57,832 nt of DNA from the IMG/VR virus record IMGVR_UViG_3300047554_001015, positions 1 through 57,832 of that record; one strand, written 5' to 3'. The stretch comes from a virus (lineage: Duplodnaviria > Caudoviricetes). Below, in pieces: positions 27,601-35,105 of the stretch (within the stretch, counting starts at the first letter, position 1; every line of letters starts with the position of its first letter). The position numbers were made by a program, and so were the translations under genes. A model generated the notes under the pieces. The model had not been told where the DNA came from and made no database searches. It saw nothing but the letters and a program-made list of their open reading frames with translations.

Positions 27601-27661
27601 CCCCCAATGGTCTGACCCCAAGGCTGTGAATCCCTATGACCTGGAAATCATTGATGGTTGA
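24614..27661 (+). CDS. replication protein: primase-polymerase N-terminus, DUF3987/YfjI-like P-loop domain, SH3-like tail
   Basis: GKNP, LDLD, GGYH (AEP); AASGQGKSP, EATIE, EEL, GGIQP, DGLWARFL. Confidence 0.85.
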   Translation: MNNQYDARMSDNINQFWPLLQWLRDCGLSPLPIAPAQPADQFPQVGADGQPRTDKDGNPLPLFTGKNPSYLDKNGTPRIIRHKNYQDCLPTDEEMAEWWANPANGFGYLHTSLAPNLRTLDLDRKNFDSQSDCDAVMSSIASAFPEAWIDGTMRGGYHMAFAFEEPPSFTNFGMGDIAHVGELLGPGRFVAIAPTPGYSRIQDGGFAPTTVESLGIHPRKKATPTTPAPLSMPQQSFGSIPLEMLGNPESLEILNGANPAGDRSASLATAIQEWIGWANWCDSNGVGYRGTPQELAIAAGSTLDIDADRVTRILATIDPAKCTPAAQHLGGDDACWKRVAKLDRRYQSKAYPQSPAPSNQKPQPKPVAAPITADAAAELQDAAKILETLACDQINIHELLPADLAQPLERAAADLNIGIVGLLAPLLSASASLIGGSTISPKLSWTEQPTIWSAVVAASGQGKSPGQRAILGPLTKLDEIAGQQYDQDLLQYQRDKAEWERLAKAHKKESDEELPPPPEPPNYRHYLMREATIETLLAEHCKNSGSRGILFLKEELAGLVLGMNQYKSAGNDRQTWLDLADGSSIKRATKAGVNRRVDSNICVFGGIQPKVLDKMADSEDSDGLWARFLWFTLPYCPAQWNENGGSLEGLLLNLYQTLAKFAPQNYTLEPEAKELFVTYWTEQRNRALNCPSGIANAYSKSPRHVLAVALNLYLLAAATTPELGTPQPEIPLWCISAAIKVVNHSLSQICRRNADTAVELTPQQRKLIELSIDWQPVTGGWIKTRDAISRIRYGGQRVSSDDVKALFEEMVAAGLGEIKTTARGAIEWRYNVLTGTISQNGDAAMGAVNAALNAAKPLSDDGMLPRLAASTIQAGQGFEPTKAPVLPNSQKKNDEKKSAENGAAKKVAALAAVSQNLGAERVVDAATNAATNAATEKWQHSEGTATATATVTRQHPTTQSAVGKKVQYLGSDSKILKWGTEFTVTGFIGLDCGITHPQWSDPKAVNPYDLEIIDG
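27138..27436. repeat. TGCTGCCA iteron element, copy B (inside rep gene; probable origin)
   Basis: 25 bp at 27325-27349 identical to 3983-4007; A-tract core; encodes low-complexity linker. Confidence 0.8.
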
Positions 27662-27738
27662 TTCCTCTATAGGGGGGCTAGGAAATCCACCCCCCTTGTG
27701 GGATAGTTATTTAAGCCAGTCTTAAATAGATACTCACC

Positions 27739-28185
27739 ATGAACGAAAACTATCCATGGCCCGACCTTGCCGGGTTTGACCCACAGAACACGCCCCACGA
27801 TGTTGCCCTAGCCAATGCAAAGCTTCTCTACCGCAACAACCCAGGGGCGGCTCCCCTTGCGGTTGCCCAGTGGCAAGCCGCTGTAAAAATCAATCGCCAG
27901 AAATGGGAGGCCCTCATTGATGCTGCAACTGATGAGGGAGCCAGCTTTGATATTGGGGGACGGGATTGCACCCCTATTGTCAGGAACCTTGCCACAGGGC
28001 TTTTGATGGCCTCAGGCAAGAACCGGATTCCCATTGAAGCGGTGCCCTATATCAAATCCGCAGGGCGGCAAATCCATGACCTGTGGGGACTGGCTGGGAT
28101 GCAAACCCTGATCGAGGTTTGCCCCAAACCTCTCCAGCACGACGTTGAGGATTTGTGGGACGGCATTGGAGGGTGGAAGGCATGA
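27739..28185 (+). CDS. hypothetical protein
   Basis: Ends in WDGIGGW; overlaps next gene. Confidence 0.7.
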   Translation: MNENYPWPDLAGFDPQNTPHDVALANAKLLYRNNPGAAPLAVAQWQAAVKINRQKWEALIDAATDEGASFDIGGRDCTPIVRNLATGLLMASGKNRIPIEAVPYIKSAGRQIHDLWGLAGMQTLIEVCPKPLQHDVEDLWDGIGGWKA

Positions 28186-28538
28186 TCGCTAAGCTTTGGC
28201 CCCCGCTGGGATGCAGCCCTGAGGAATATGCGGCCTACCTGCATTGGCAGTACCAGGATGAGACACCCAACGCTGGCACCGAATTTCTAAACGTCGTTGC
28301 CAGCCCCATGCCCCGGTTGGTCCGTCCCGCGACTCTTAACCAAAACCTTGGCGACAGTGATTTAGTTCTCAATGTCATAGTTGCTGCCGACAATCCCACA
28401 ACGGTAACCCAGGTCGCCAAAGTCATGCCCTTCTCACGGGCCAAAACTGCCCGCATCATGGCGGAACTGGTCAATGAGGGCCGGATCCGCCGCAAGCCCC
28501 ATCCCGTGAACAAGCAAATCCACTTGTACGAGTCATGA
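28182..28538 (+). CDS. winged-helix (MarR-like) DNA-binding protein
   Basis: TVTQVAKVMPFSRAKTARIMAELVNEGRI. Confidence 0.7.
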   Translation: MIAKLWPPLGCSPEEYAAYLHWQYQDETPNAGTEFLNVVASPMPRLVRPATLNQNLGDSDLVLNVIVAADNPTTVTQVAKVMPFSRAKTARIMAELVNEGRIRRKPHPVNKQIHLYES

Positions 28539-28846
28539 ACCTAAAACTGAATGAACGACAGACATTTGAGCAGCTCAAGACCGCTGTGGAGTCCCTTGGA
28601 TCAGCCATTGAAGCCGGAAAGCCAACTGCTGACCAATGGGCAGAAATAGACAGCATTGTGGACTATGTGAGCCGCACTCATTGGCAATTCCAGCCGACCC
28701 CCGAAACCCTGACAGGAATCGCCAAATCCTTGCGAGATGGTCACAAAGCCAGTTATGACGGCTGGGCATACACCCTCACCCCAGACGGCAAGATTCAGCA
28801 GACCGACCCCACAGGTTGTAGCCGCCAGTTCGAGATTCCGTGTTGA
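28535..28846 (+). CDS. hypothetical protein
   Basis: ATGA-coupled ORF. Confidence 0.6.
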   Translation: MNLKLNERQTFEQLKTAVESLGSAIEAGKPTADQWAEIDSIVDYVSRTHWQFQPTPETLTGIAKSLRDGHKASYDGWAYTLTPDGKIQQTDPTGCSRQFEIPC

Positions 28847-28872
28847 CAACTTAACCCCACTTGCCTTATAGT
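28843..28872 (+). promoter_or_regulatory. sigma70-type early promoter
   Basis: TTGACA-N18-TATAGT; 25 bp from the -10 onward identical to 48325-48349. Confidence 0.75.
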
Positions 28873-28924
28873 TGCATTAATGAAACGCAAGGGGCTTCGG
28901 CCCCTCTAACCCAAGAAAACGAAA

Positions 28925-29290
28925 ATGAACATCTCGTTTGGATGGACGGCTCAGTATCTCCCCCCGCACGGCCCCAAGTGCGTCACTCGCCGACTGTGGA
29001 AGTCTAGCTATTTTCAAACCTGGCAACGGGCTTATGACAAAGACCCTAGCCGACTCCACGGAGCACTCAATAAGCAGTTGTGTTATGGCGGTTCCAAAAT
29101 CGGGACCATTCAGCTAACCTGCCGCCCCTACCTAGAGCCGCTGTGGAAAATGCCCTTTGAAGACCTAGAAAAGGAAGGCGGCATGGCAAAGTCAGTTGCT
29201 GAGTTTGTTGACCGTTATTTTGAGGGCGATTCAAGTCAAATCGTCGCAGTTGTGCGCTTCAAGTTTTTTCCCAATGAAGTCAGCCCCTAA
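28925..29290 (+). CDS. ASCH/PUA-like domain protein
   Basis: ISF...G.KCVTRR, EPL..M..EDL.KEG, V.V.F. Confidence 0.65.
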   Translation: MNISFGWTAQYLPPHGPKCVTRRLWKSSYFQTWQRAYDKDPSRLHGALNKQLCYGGSKIGTIQLTCRPYLEPLWKMPFEDLEKEGGMAKSVAEFVDRYFEGDSSQIVAVVRFKFFPNEVSP

Positions 29291-29308
29291 CCTAGGAAAA
29301 CGAAAACC

Positions 29309-29623
29309 ATGGACAAGAACCAATTCAAGTCTGAAGTCGCCGGAGTCTTCTCCGGCAAGGTAATTAAGGATCCAGACGTTCCCACAGAAACGGACATCTT
29401 CACCCTTGTGGTATCTACTCCATCTGGGGATTTAGTTGGCATAGCTTGCTACGTCCCGGCCCTTCGCCGGTACACATGGAGCGCGCATCGATCCATCCTT
29501 AACGATCAAGTTTTATATGGGCGGGGGAAAACCCTGTTTCAGGCTGTGCGAGATGCCAAGCCGAAGACTATTGCCCAGCGATACCAGAAATGGGTCGCAT
29601 CGGTGGCAGGGATTCAACCATGA
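29309..29623 (+). CDS. hypothetical protein
   Basis: AAAACGAAAACC leader. Confidence 0.65.
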   Translation: MDKNQFKSEVAGVFSGKVIKDPDVPTETDIFTLVVSTPSGDLVGIACYVPALRRYTWSAHRSILNDQVLYGRGKTLFQAVRDAKPKTIAQRYQKWVASVAGIQP

Positions 29624-30555
29624 GCCAAGCCGAACTAATCCCACAAATTACCGGGGGGCACCTCCCTTTCATTCCGGTCTATCCCGGCAATAAATCCAAG
29701 TCAATTTATCGGTCCTGGATTTTTGGGAAGCGGTTCCAATGGGGGGCAGTTCTGGAGCCTTTTGCCGGAACCGGGGCCACATCCCTTTATGCCCGGTGCG
29801 ATCGCCGGTTCATTGGGGAAGCCGCCCCCGATGTTTGGTCAATTTGGCGGTGCTGGCTGGACGGGAATTGGGATGCCGTCCAGTGGGAGATTCAGGAATA
29901 TCGAAAAATGGCTCCTGATGTTGCGTGGCACCGGGCCACATGGGTTTATGAAAAGCCGGACCCCCACATTGAGACCCTAGGGCGTTGCCGCATTGAGTTG
30001 GCCGCAGCCTCCCTAGTTATCCGCAAACTGGCTTTTGGCGGGGTTGTCCGCCACAACAAAAAGGGCCAGTTGAATGTGGCCTGGAGTCCTCACAAGGTTG
30101 AGGCGTTCCACAACTGGCAAGCCCCAGCCCCCGCACCCTTCCCCGGTTGGAAACTGACCAAGGACTGGCGGGATGCTGTGGAATGGTGGCAAGAGGCTGA
30201 CATTGCCGACAGCCTGGTTTTATTGGATCCCCCTTACTACTTGCCCTATGCACCGGGCACAGAACGAGGGGGAACCGGACTAATGACCCCCGCATACCGT
30301 GGCCATCAGCCCCACAGTGAGGAATGCCTAGCCCTAACCTTGGACCCGTTGCGGATGGTGGCAACCAACCCCAACGCCAAGCGGATTGTGGTCTGCAACT
30401 ATTTTAGCTCCCGGTTGCAGATTGAGATTGAGGCCATAGCCCATGCCACAGGCCGAATGCTGAGCCATCACGACTTTGGAGCCATGAACCACATGAACCG
30501 GGGGCATGGCCAGCCCAAGGTCAAAGCAGTCGAACGTTTTTGGATTTTGGAGTGA
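29620..30555 (+). CDS. second Dam-like DNA adenine methyltransferase
   Basis: YPGNK, LEPFAGTGA, FGG..R.N.KG..NV, LLDPPY. Confidence 0.8.
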   Translation: MSQAELIPQITGGHLPFIPVYPGNKSKSIYRSWIFGKRFQWGAVLEPFAGTGATSLYARCDRRFIGEAAPDVWSIWRCWLDGNWDAVQWEIQEYRKMAPDVAWHRATWVYEKPDPHIETLGRCRIELAAASLVIRKLAFGGVVRHNKKGQLNVAWSPHKVEAFHNWQAPAPAPFPGWKLTKDWRDAVEWWQEADIADSLVLLDPPYYLPYAPGTERGGTGLMTPAYRGHQPHSEECLALTLDPLRMVATNPNAKRIVVCNYFSSRLQIEIEAIAHATGRMLSHHDFGAMNHMNRGHGQPKVKAVERFWILE

Positions 30556-30563
30556 AAACAAAA

Positions 30564-31376
30564 ATGAGCAAGATTCAATGGACCGATGAGACGTGGAATC
30601 CCATTGTGGGATGCACCAAGATTGACCCCGCCTGTGCTAATTGCTATGCAGTGCGCCAAGCCTATCGCAATGAGGCCATGGGCAAGGCTTTGGAAGCACA
30701 GGGCAAAAACCCTGGCAAGCTAGCCCAATACTATGGGGTCTCTGATGGCAAAAACTGGACTGGCAAGCTCAATCTCTATGAACCCGCCATGGTGTTGCCG
30801 GACTCTTGGCGCAAACCCCGCCGCATCTTCGTAAACAGCATGAGCGACCTGTTTCATGAAAATCTGCCCGCTGTCCTAACCCAAGACGTTCTGGATGTGG
30901 TGCGGGACGTAAACCATCACCGGTATCAGGTGCTGACAAAGCGGCCCCACAGAATGGAGTCGCATTTATACGACAACTGCGACCCGCTAGAGTTTGGCCA
31001 CTGCATATTTGGCTGTTCTGTGGGAACTCAGTCTACTGCGGATAAATTTGGCTGGCCGATGGAAAAGCTTGCTGGTTCTGGATTCAAAACCTGGGTTAGT
31101 GCTGAGCCGCTTTTGGGGCCGGTTGATTTCAGCGGGTGGGAGTTTCTGGACTGGATTGTGATTGGCGGGGAGTCCGGCCCCGGTGCCCGACGATTTGACA
31201 TTAGCTGGGCGCGGCAAATCATTGGCTGGGCCAAGGCCAACAATATCCCGGTATTTTTCAAGCAATGGGGGGCAAAGCCTACCCCGCTAACGGACAGCTC
31301 CCGGAAGGGGGATAATTTTGAAGTATGGCCCCAACATTTACAGATTCGCCAATATCCTGAGGCGTTGTTGGTCTAA
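30564..31376 (+). CDS. phage Gp37/Gp68 (DUF5131) radical-SAM-like protein
   Basis: SKIQWTDETWNPIVGC...CANCYA, FVNSMSDLFH, LTKRP, EPLLG, GGESG, FFKQWG. Confidence 0.92.
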   Translation: MSKIQWTDETWNPIVGCTKIDPACANCYAVRQAYRNEAMGKALEAQGKNPGKLAQYYGVSDGKNWTGKLNLYEPAMVLPDSWRKPRRIFVNSMSDLFHENLPAVLTQDVLDVVRDVNHHRYQVLTKRPHRMESHLYDNCDPLEFGHCIFGCSVGTQSTADKFGWPMEKLAGSGFKTWVSAEPLLGPVDFSGWEFLDWIVIGGESGPGARRFDISWARQIIGWAKANNIPVFFKQWGAKPTPLTDSSRKGDNFEVWPQHLQIRQYPEALLV

Positions 31377-31404
31377 TCTAGAACAGTCAAGAATCCACAG
31401 CTTC

Positions 31405-31430
31405 AGCCCCGTCACAGGGGCTTTTTTATT
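31405..31430 (+). terminator. intrinsic terminator
   Basis: AGCCCC-GTCACA-GGGGCT-TTTTTATT. Confidence 0.8.
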
Positions 31431-31695
31431 GCCTCACTGTGTACCACCGCCCCCGCTTCAGCACCTGCACTGTCTCCAATTGGTTCAGTGGAACGCCCAA
31501 CGTTTGCCCCGGCATTTCCAGCCCCACATAGAGAACAGCCCATCGCCCCCGGTAGACCGTTAGAGCATGGCCCTCAAGCCAGCCCCCGCCATGGCACGGG
31601 GTTTTAATTCTGACCCGCTCAGCTTGATAGGTGTGGGGAAATGGTTCAATAATCACAAAAAAAAATACCCCGCGCTGGTCGGGGTCATAGCTCAT
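31426..31695 (-). CDS. hypothetical protein, SH3/KOW-like
   Basis: RVRIK...G.A...V......V..NQLE.V pattern. Confidence 0.45.
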   Translation of the reverse strand: MSYDPDQRGVFFFVIIEPFPHTYQAERVRIKTPCHGGGWLEGHALTVYRGRWAVLYVGLEMPGQTLGVPLNQLETVQVLKRGRWYTVRQ

Positions 31696-31745
31696 TAAAC
31701 TGCTGAGACAATTCTAGTGGAACACTAGACAGAAATCCCACAGCC

Positions 31746-32444
31746 ATGGACTTTTCAGATAACCAAAAACTTCTGGAGCAATTCGCAGCCGCCCCCACTG
31801 TGGAACTGCGGAACCAAATTGCGACCCGCAACGATAAGCTAGCCCTGAAGATTGCCCACCGCTGTGCAGCTACCACAGACACGCCGCTGGCGGATTTAGA
31901 ACAGTTAGCTAGACAAGGGTTACTCAAAGCGATCGAGCGGTTTGACCCCAAAACTGGCAACGCGCTCAGCTCCTTTGCGGTGCCCTACATCCGGGGGGAG
32001 ATTCAGCACTACCTGAGAGACCAACGGCTGATCCGAGTGCCCCGCACTTGGCAGGAACTGCGGGACCGGGCCGACCGGGTAGCCAAGCGCCTGACTGATG
32101 CGGGTAGACTGGCCACGATTGACGATGCTGCGGCTGGGCTTGGGCTAGGTTCCACAGAGTGGGAAGAGATCAAAAATGCCACGTCTCCCCATCTGGCCGT
32201 AGCCATTGAGGAAAACGTGGCAATCGAAGATTCTGTGGAAGAGTCAGAGGAATCAGACCAGCTTACAGCGGCCCTTTGTGAAGCCATTGGCCAACTGCCC
32301 GCACTGCAACGGACTCTGATCACCGAATCATTCTGGGGTGGTCTACAGGAAAAGCATTTGGCGATCCGCCATGGCTTGACCCGCGCCCAAGTGCGCCAGG
32401 AAATTCAATCAGCGATCGGTCAGCTTCAGAAAATGGCGCAATAA
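31746..32444 (+). CDS. RNA polymerase sigma factor, SigF/SigB family
   Basis: RNQI...N..LA.KIAHR, DLEQ....GLLKAIERFDP..G.A.SSFAVPYIRGEIQHYLRD, IRVPR; region 4 HTH. Confidence 0.93.
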   Translation: MDFSDNQKLLEQFAAAPTVELRNQIATRNDKLALKIAHRCAATTDTPLADLEQLARQGLLKAIERFDPKTGNALSSFAVPYIRGEIQHYLRDQRLIRVPRTWQELRDRADRVAKRLTDAGRLATIDDAAAGLGLGSTEWEEIKNATSPHLAVAIEENVAIEDSVEESEESDQLTAALCEAIGQLPALQRTLITESFWGGLQEKHLAIRHGLTRAQVRQEIQSAIGQLQKMAQ

Positions 32445-32468
32445 AAAGCCCCTCTGTGGGAGAGGGGC
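32440..32468 (-). terminator. intrinsic terminator
   Basis: AATAAAAAGCCCCTCT-GTGGG-AGAGGGGC. Confidence 0.75.
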
Positions 32469-32504
32469 GGGGAGTGATTATGCGTTGCAAGTTGCCTTGA
32501 TGAC

Positions 32505-32819
32505 CTAAAGATTCATTACTTTTAGCAGGGCATTTGCTTTGTCAGTTACCTCAATCAGCTTCTGCCTAGACTCAGGGCTTCCATATGACAGCGTGGCATC
32601 TTCGTGCTGAGAGGAATACCCTGCACGACAGGAGATGCCCATTTCTTTGCAGATGGACAGGGCTAGGGTTACCTGCTCTAGTGTGGGGTAAAACTGGAGT
32701 CCACCCCCGGTGATGTTGCAGCGGATTCCCTCTGCGGAGAGGCGATCGTCAAGCGCTTTGGCTAGCGCGTAGGGTCCGGGTTCTGCAATGAATGTGTAAT
32801 AGTCTTGGTTTGTGGTCAT
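32505..32819 (-). CDS. hypothetical early protein
   Basis: Hairpin plus AAACGAAAC leader. Confidence 0.7.
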   Translation of the reverse strand: MTTNQDYYTFIAEPGPYALAKALDDRLSAEGIRCNITGGGLQFYPTLEQVTLALSICKEMGISCRAGYSSQHEDATLSYGSPESRQKLIEVTDKANALLKVMNL

Positions 32820-32878
32820 GTGTTTGTCCCATGTGGTTTCGTTTGTCTGTGGGTGCCCCTAAGGAGGGGCGGGGGAAG

Positions 32879-33076
32879 TTAGTCAGGCAGGCTTGGGGCT
32901 AGTCTCTCAATCAGTTCATTGAGCTGGCGGCACTGTAAGGCCAACACCGTCAGCGCTAGTTTTTGATCATCACTCAGAGATTCTCCCCCACGCAATCCCT
33001 GGGACTTGAGGACTGCCGCTTCGTTTTGCAGTTTATGCAGGGTCTTGGTCAGTTGGTCTAGTGTGTTTGAAAACAT
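32879..33076 (-). CDS. hypothetical early protein
   Basis: Hairpin plus AAACGAA leader. Confidence 0.65.
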   Translation of the reverse strand: MFSNTLDQLTKTLHKLQNEAAVLKSQGLRGGESLSDDQKLALTVLALQCRQLNELIERLAPSLPD

Positions 33077-33150
33077 GGTTAATTACCTTTTCACAGGTGA
33101 TTCGTTTGCTTATGGGTGCCCCTCGGAGAGAGGGGCCGGACTGTGGGGCG

Positions 33151-33375
33151 CTAGGCGACTCGCCGCAGTTCAGCAACGCCCCATTTGGTCCGCCATCCCA
33201 TGGAACCGAGCATGGCGGTGTCTTCGACGTACTCCACGGCCCCGCCCGTGGTTTGCGCCCAGCGGTTGAAGCGATCCCAGACCCCATTCATAAATTGATC
33301 CTCTTTGCGGCTGAAGAACTTTTGGCGGGGGGTGCCATCAACGTAGACTTGGTACTGAATCTTGGTAGCGGTCAT
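33151..33375 (-). CDS. hypothetical early protein
   Basis: AGGAGG SD; first gene after promoter 33420-33449. Confidence 0.7.
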   Translation of the reverse strand: MTATKIQYQVYVDGTPRQKFFSRKEDQFMNGVWDRFNRWAQTTGGAVEYVEDTAMLGSMGWRTKWGVAELRRVA

Positions 33376-33419
33376 TTGTCTAGCCTCCTGTGGGGCGCTT
33401 CGTTTTCTTTGATGTAATC

Positions 33420-33449
33420 ATAGTAAGCTGTGCGGTGCTATGCTGTCAA
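33420..33449 (-). promoter_or_regulatory. sigma70-type early promoter
   Basis: TTGACA-N18-TACTAT; about 28 bp of -10/leader identical to the 43056 promoter. Confidence 0.8.
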
Positions 33450-33464
33450 CACATTGGGCAAAAA

Positions 33465-33623
33465 TTATTCAGGCTGGACCAACTCAGTGCGAAACCAACG
33501 TGTGGGGCCACGGTCTAATTCCACAAGGGTGAGGGCAGCATAGGGATCCGGCTGGATTGCCCGGACTGTGCCTTTGCGGCCTGAGGGAAGTTTGCATCGG
33601 GTGCCAATAGGGAGGGGGGTCAT
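33465..33623 (-). CDS. small SH3/KOW-like protein (52 aa, MTPLPIGTRC...)
   Basis: Translated by hand: IGTRCK...GRKGTV..I.......VELD.G..RWF...LV. Confidence 0.5.
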   Translation of the reverse strand: MTPLPIGTRCKLPSGRKGTVRAIQPDPYAALTLVELDRGPTRWFRTELVQPE

Positions 33624-33661
33624 AGGGCTAGGATAGGGATAACGATTTGGTTGGCAGAAAA

Positions 33662-34411
33662 ATGGATCAGTTGGCCCTACATCTCCCGGCAGAGATTGCC
33701 CCCCCGGAACCGCTTGATAGGCTGGGGCAGCTTGAAAGCGAATTTCTCCAAAGCTTTGTTACCGCTGGCCTAGCCCTCAAAAAGATACGGGATGAGGGGC
33801 TATTTAGGGCAAGATACGGGGATTTCGATACCTATTGCCGGAGACGTTGGGGCATGGGCAAAACCTACCCTAATCGACTGATTAAAGCTGCACAAGTTTC
33901 AGAGGATTTGCGGGCTGGGGGAGTGGGAATACTTCCCACAAATGAGTTTCAATGTCGGCCATTAACCGATGCTGACCTAAATACTGAGGAGCGGCGGGTG
34001 GCATGGCTGGCCTCAATCCAGCAATCGGGGGGCAGTCCCACAGGTGAGCAGGTGCGGGCAACTGTGGAATGGATCCGCCAGTCCAGGGCAGTCTTGGCAC
34101 CGGGCACCCGATGCAGGGTGGTGACCGGGACGCATTTTGGCAAGGTTGCTGTGGTAACCGAGATTGAAGCGGGGGCAATCGCTTGGGCCGTGCCTGAAGA
34201 CTCTGAGGAGACCTACCCCTTTATGTTGGTGGAATTGGAACCCATTGCAGTTCCACCAACGCTGCCCCCCACCCTTGCCGCCAAGCCAAAGCCCACGCTA
34301 CGGCAACGGGTCAAAACTCTTGAGGAGACATTGCAGGAAATTGAGCAAGAGGTTGATTTGCCGCCAAACCTCAAGGAAAAGATCCACAGTTTGCTAGGGA
34401 AGCCGAAATGA
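33662..34411 (+). CDS. cyanobacterial-type DNA-associated protein with C-terminal KOW-like domain
   Basis: F..AG.AL..IRD..L.R..Y.DF..YC..RWG...NRLI.AA.V...P.NE.Q.RPL. Confidence 0.7.
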   Translation: MDQLALHLPAEIAPPEPLDRLGQLESEFLQSFVTAGLALKKIRDEGLFRARYGDFDTYCRRRWGMGKTYPNRLIKAAQVSEDLRAGGVGILPTNEFQCRPLTDADLNTEERRVAWLASIQQSGGSPTGEQVRATVEWIRQSRAVLAPGTRCRVVTGTHFGKVAVVTEIEAGAIAWAVPEDSEETYPFMLVELEPIAVPPTLPPTLAAKPKPTLRQRVKTLEETLQEIEQEVDLPPNLKEKIHSLLGKPK

Positions 34412-34839
34412 GCGTTGCTGTCACCGTAAAAACTTACACCATGGAAATTTTACCCCGCCTCAATGGATCCAGCCTGTACCAAGGCGACCGGATCGACAAC
34501 TATCAAGCCATTCTTGTGGGGCGTTCTGCCTACCCAACGGGTCATCCCCTCAAAGCTGCCGGGTTTCTAACCGCTGGCTACACCACAACCTTTGTAGCCA
34601 AAACCAACCCAGCCCTGGCAGATGATGGCGTGGGGGTGATTGCTGCCACACTGACCCCGGTGGATGAGGACACCGCTAGTTTGCTGCTGTTGCCTGATGC
34701 CACAAGCGGGATTGAGTTTGGTTATAAATCCTCCCTGCTGTACCAGTATCAAATCCAGATTTCCGATGGAGCAGACAGCATCTATACTTTGGATTGGGGC
34801 ACGTTCCATTTGATCCGGGATGTTGCCTTGACACCTTGA
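34408..34839 (+). CDS. putative virion protein, BppU N-terminal-like Ig fold
   Basis: LYQGD...Y.YQIQI.....YT...G.F....DV. Confidence 0.5.
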   Translation: MSVAVTVKTYTMEILPRLNGSSLYQGDRIDNYQAILVGRSAYPTGHPLKAAGFLTAGYTTTFVAKTNPALADDGVGVIAATLTPVDEDTASLLLLPDATSGIEFGYKSSLLYQYQIQISDGADSIYTLDWGTFHLIRDVALTP

Positions 34840-34857
34840 TTTTTAGCGACGAAATCG

Positions 34858-34882
34858 GCCCCTGTTTTGGCAGGGGTTTTTT
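34858..34882 (+). terminator. intrinsic terminator
   Basis: GCCCCTG-TTTTGG-CAGGGGT-TTTTT. Confidence 0.7.
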
Positions 34883-34887
34883 GTTGG

Positions 34888-34896
34888 GGGAACCCT
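34888..34896 (+). promoter_or_regulatory. late promoter motif GGGAACCCT
   Basis: 26 nt upstream of the sheath operon's first gene. Confidence 0.7.
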
Positions 34897-34922
34897 GAGA
34901 ACAATAGTAGTGGAGCGGGTCT

Positions 34923-35105
34923 GTGACTGAGTTTCTGTACCGTGGCAACCGTGCGCTAGTGGTGCGGGATGGCCTCAATCTCTTACTCCACAACGGGGGG
35001 CAGTTCACCCTCGATCCGAATTTACCGATTGTAAAAAGGCTCGTAAATTGCGGTTCCTTGCATCCAATCGGGCAAAAATCCAACATTTTAGGAGGTGGCT
35101 GTTAG
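34923..35105 (+). CDS. small protein preceding tail sheath
   Basis: 60 aa, stop overlaps sheath GTG; position typical of Mu-like tails. Confidence 0.55.
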   Translation: MTEFLYRGNRALVVRDGLNLLLHNGGQFTLDPNLPIVKRLVNCGSLHPIGQKSNILGGGC

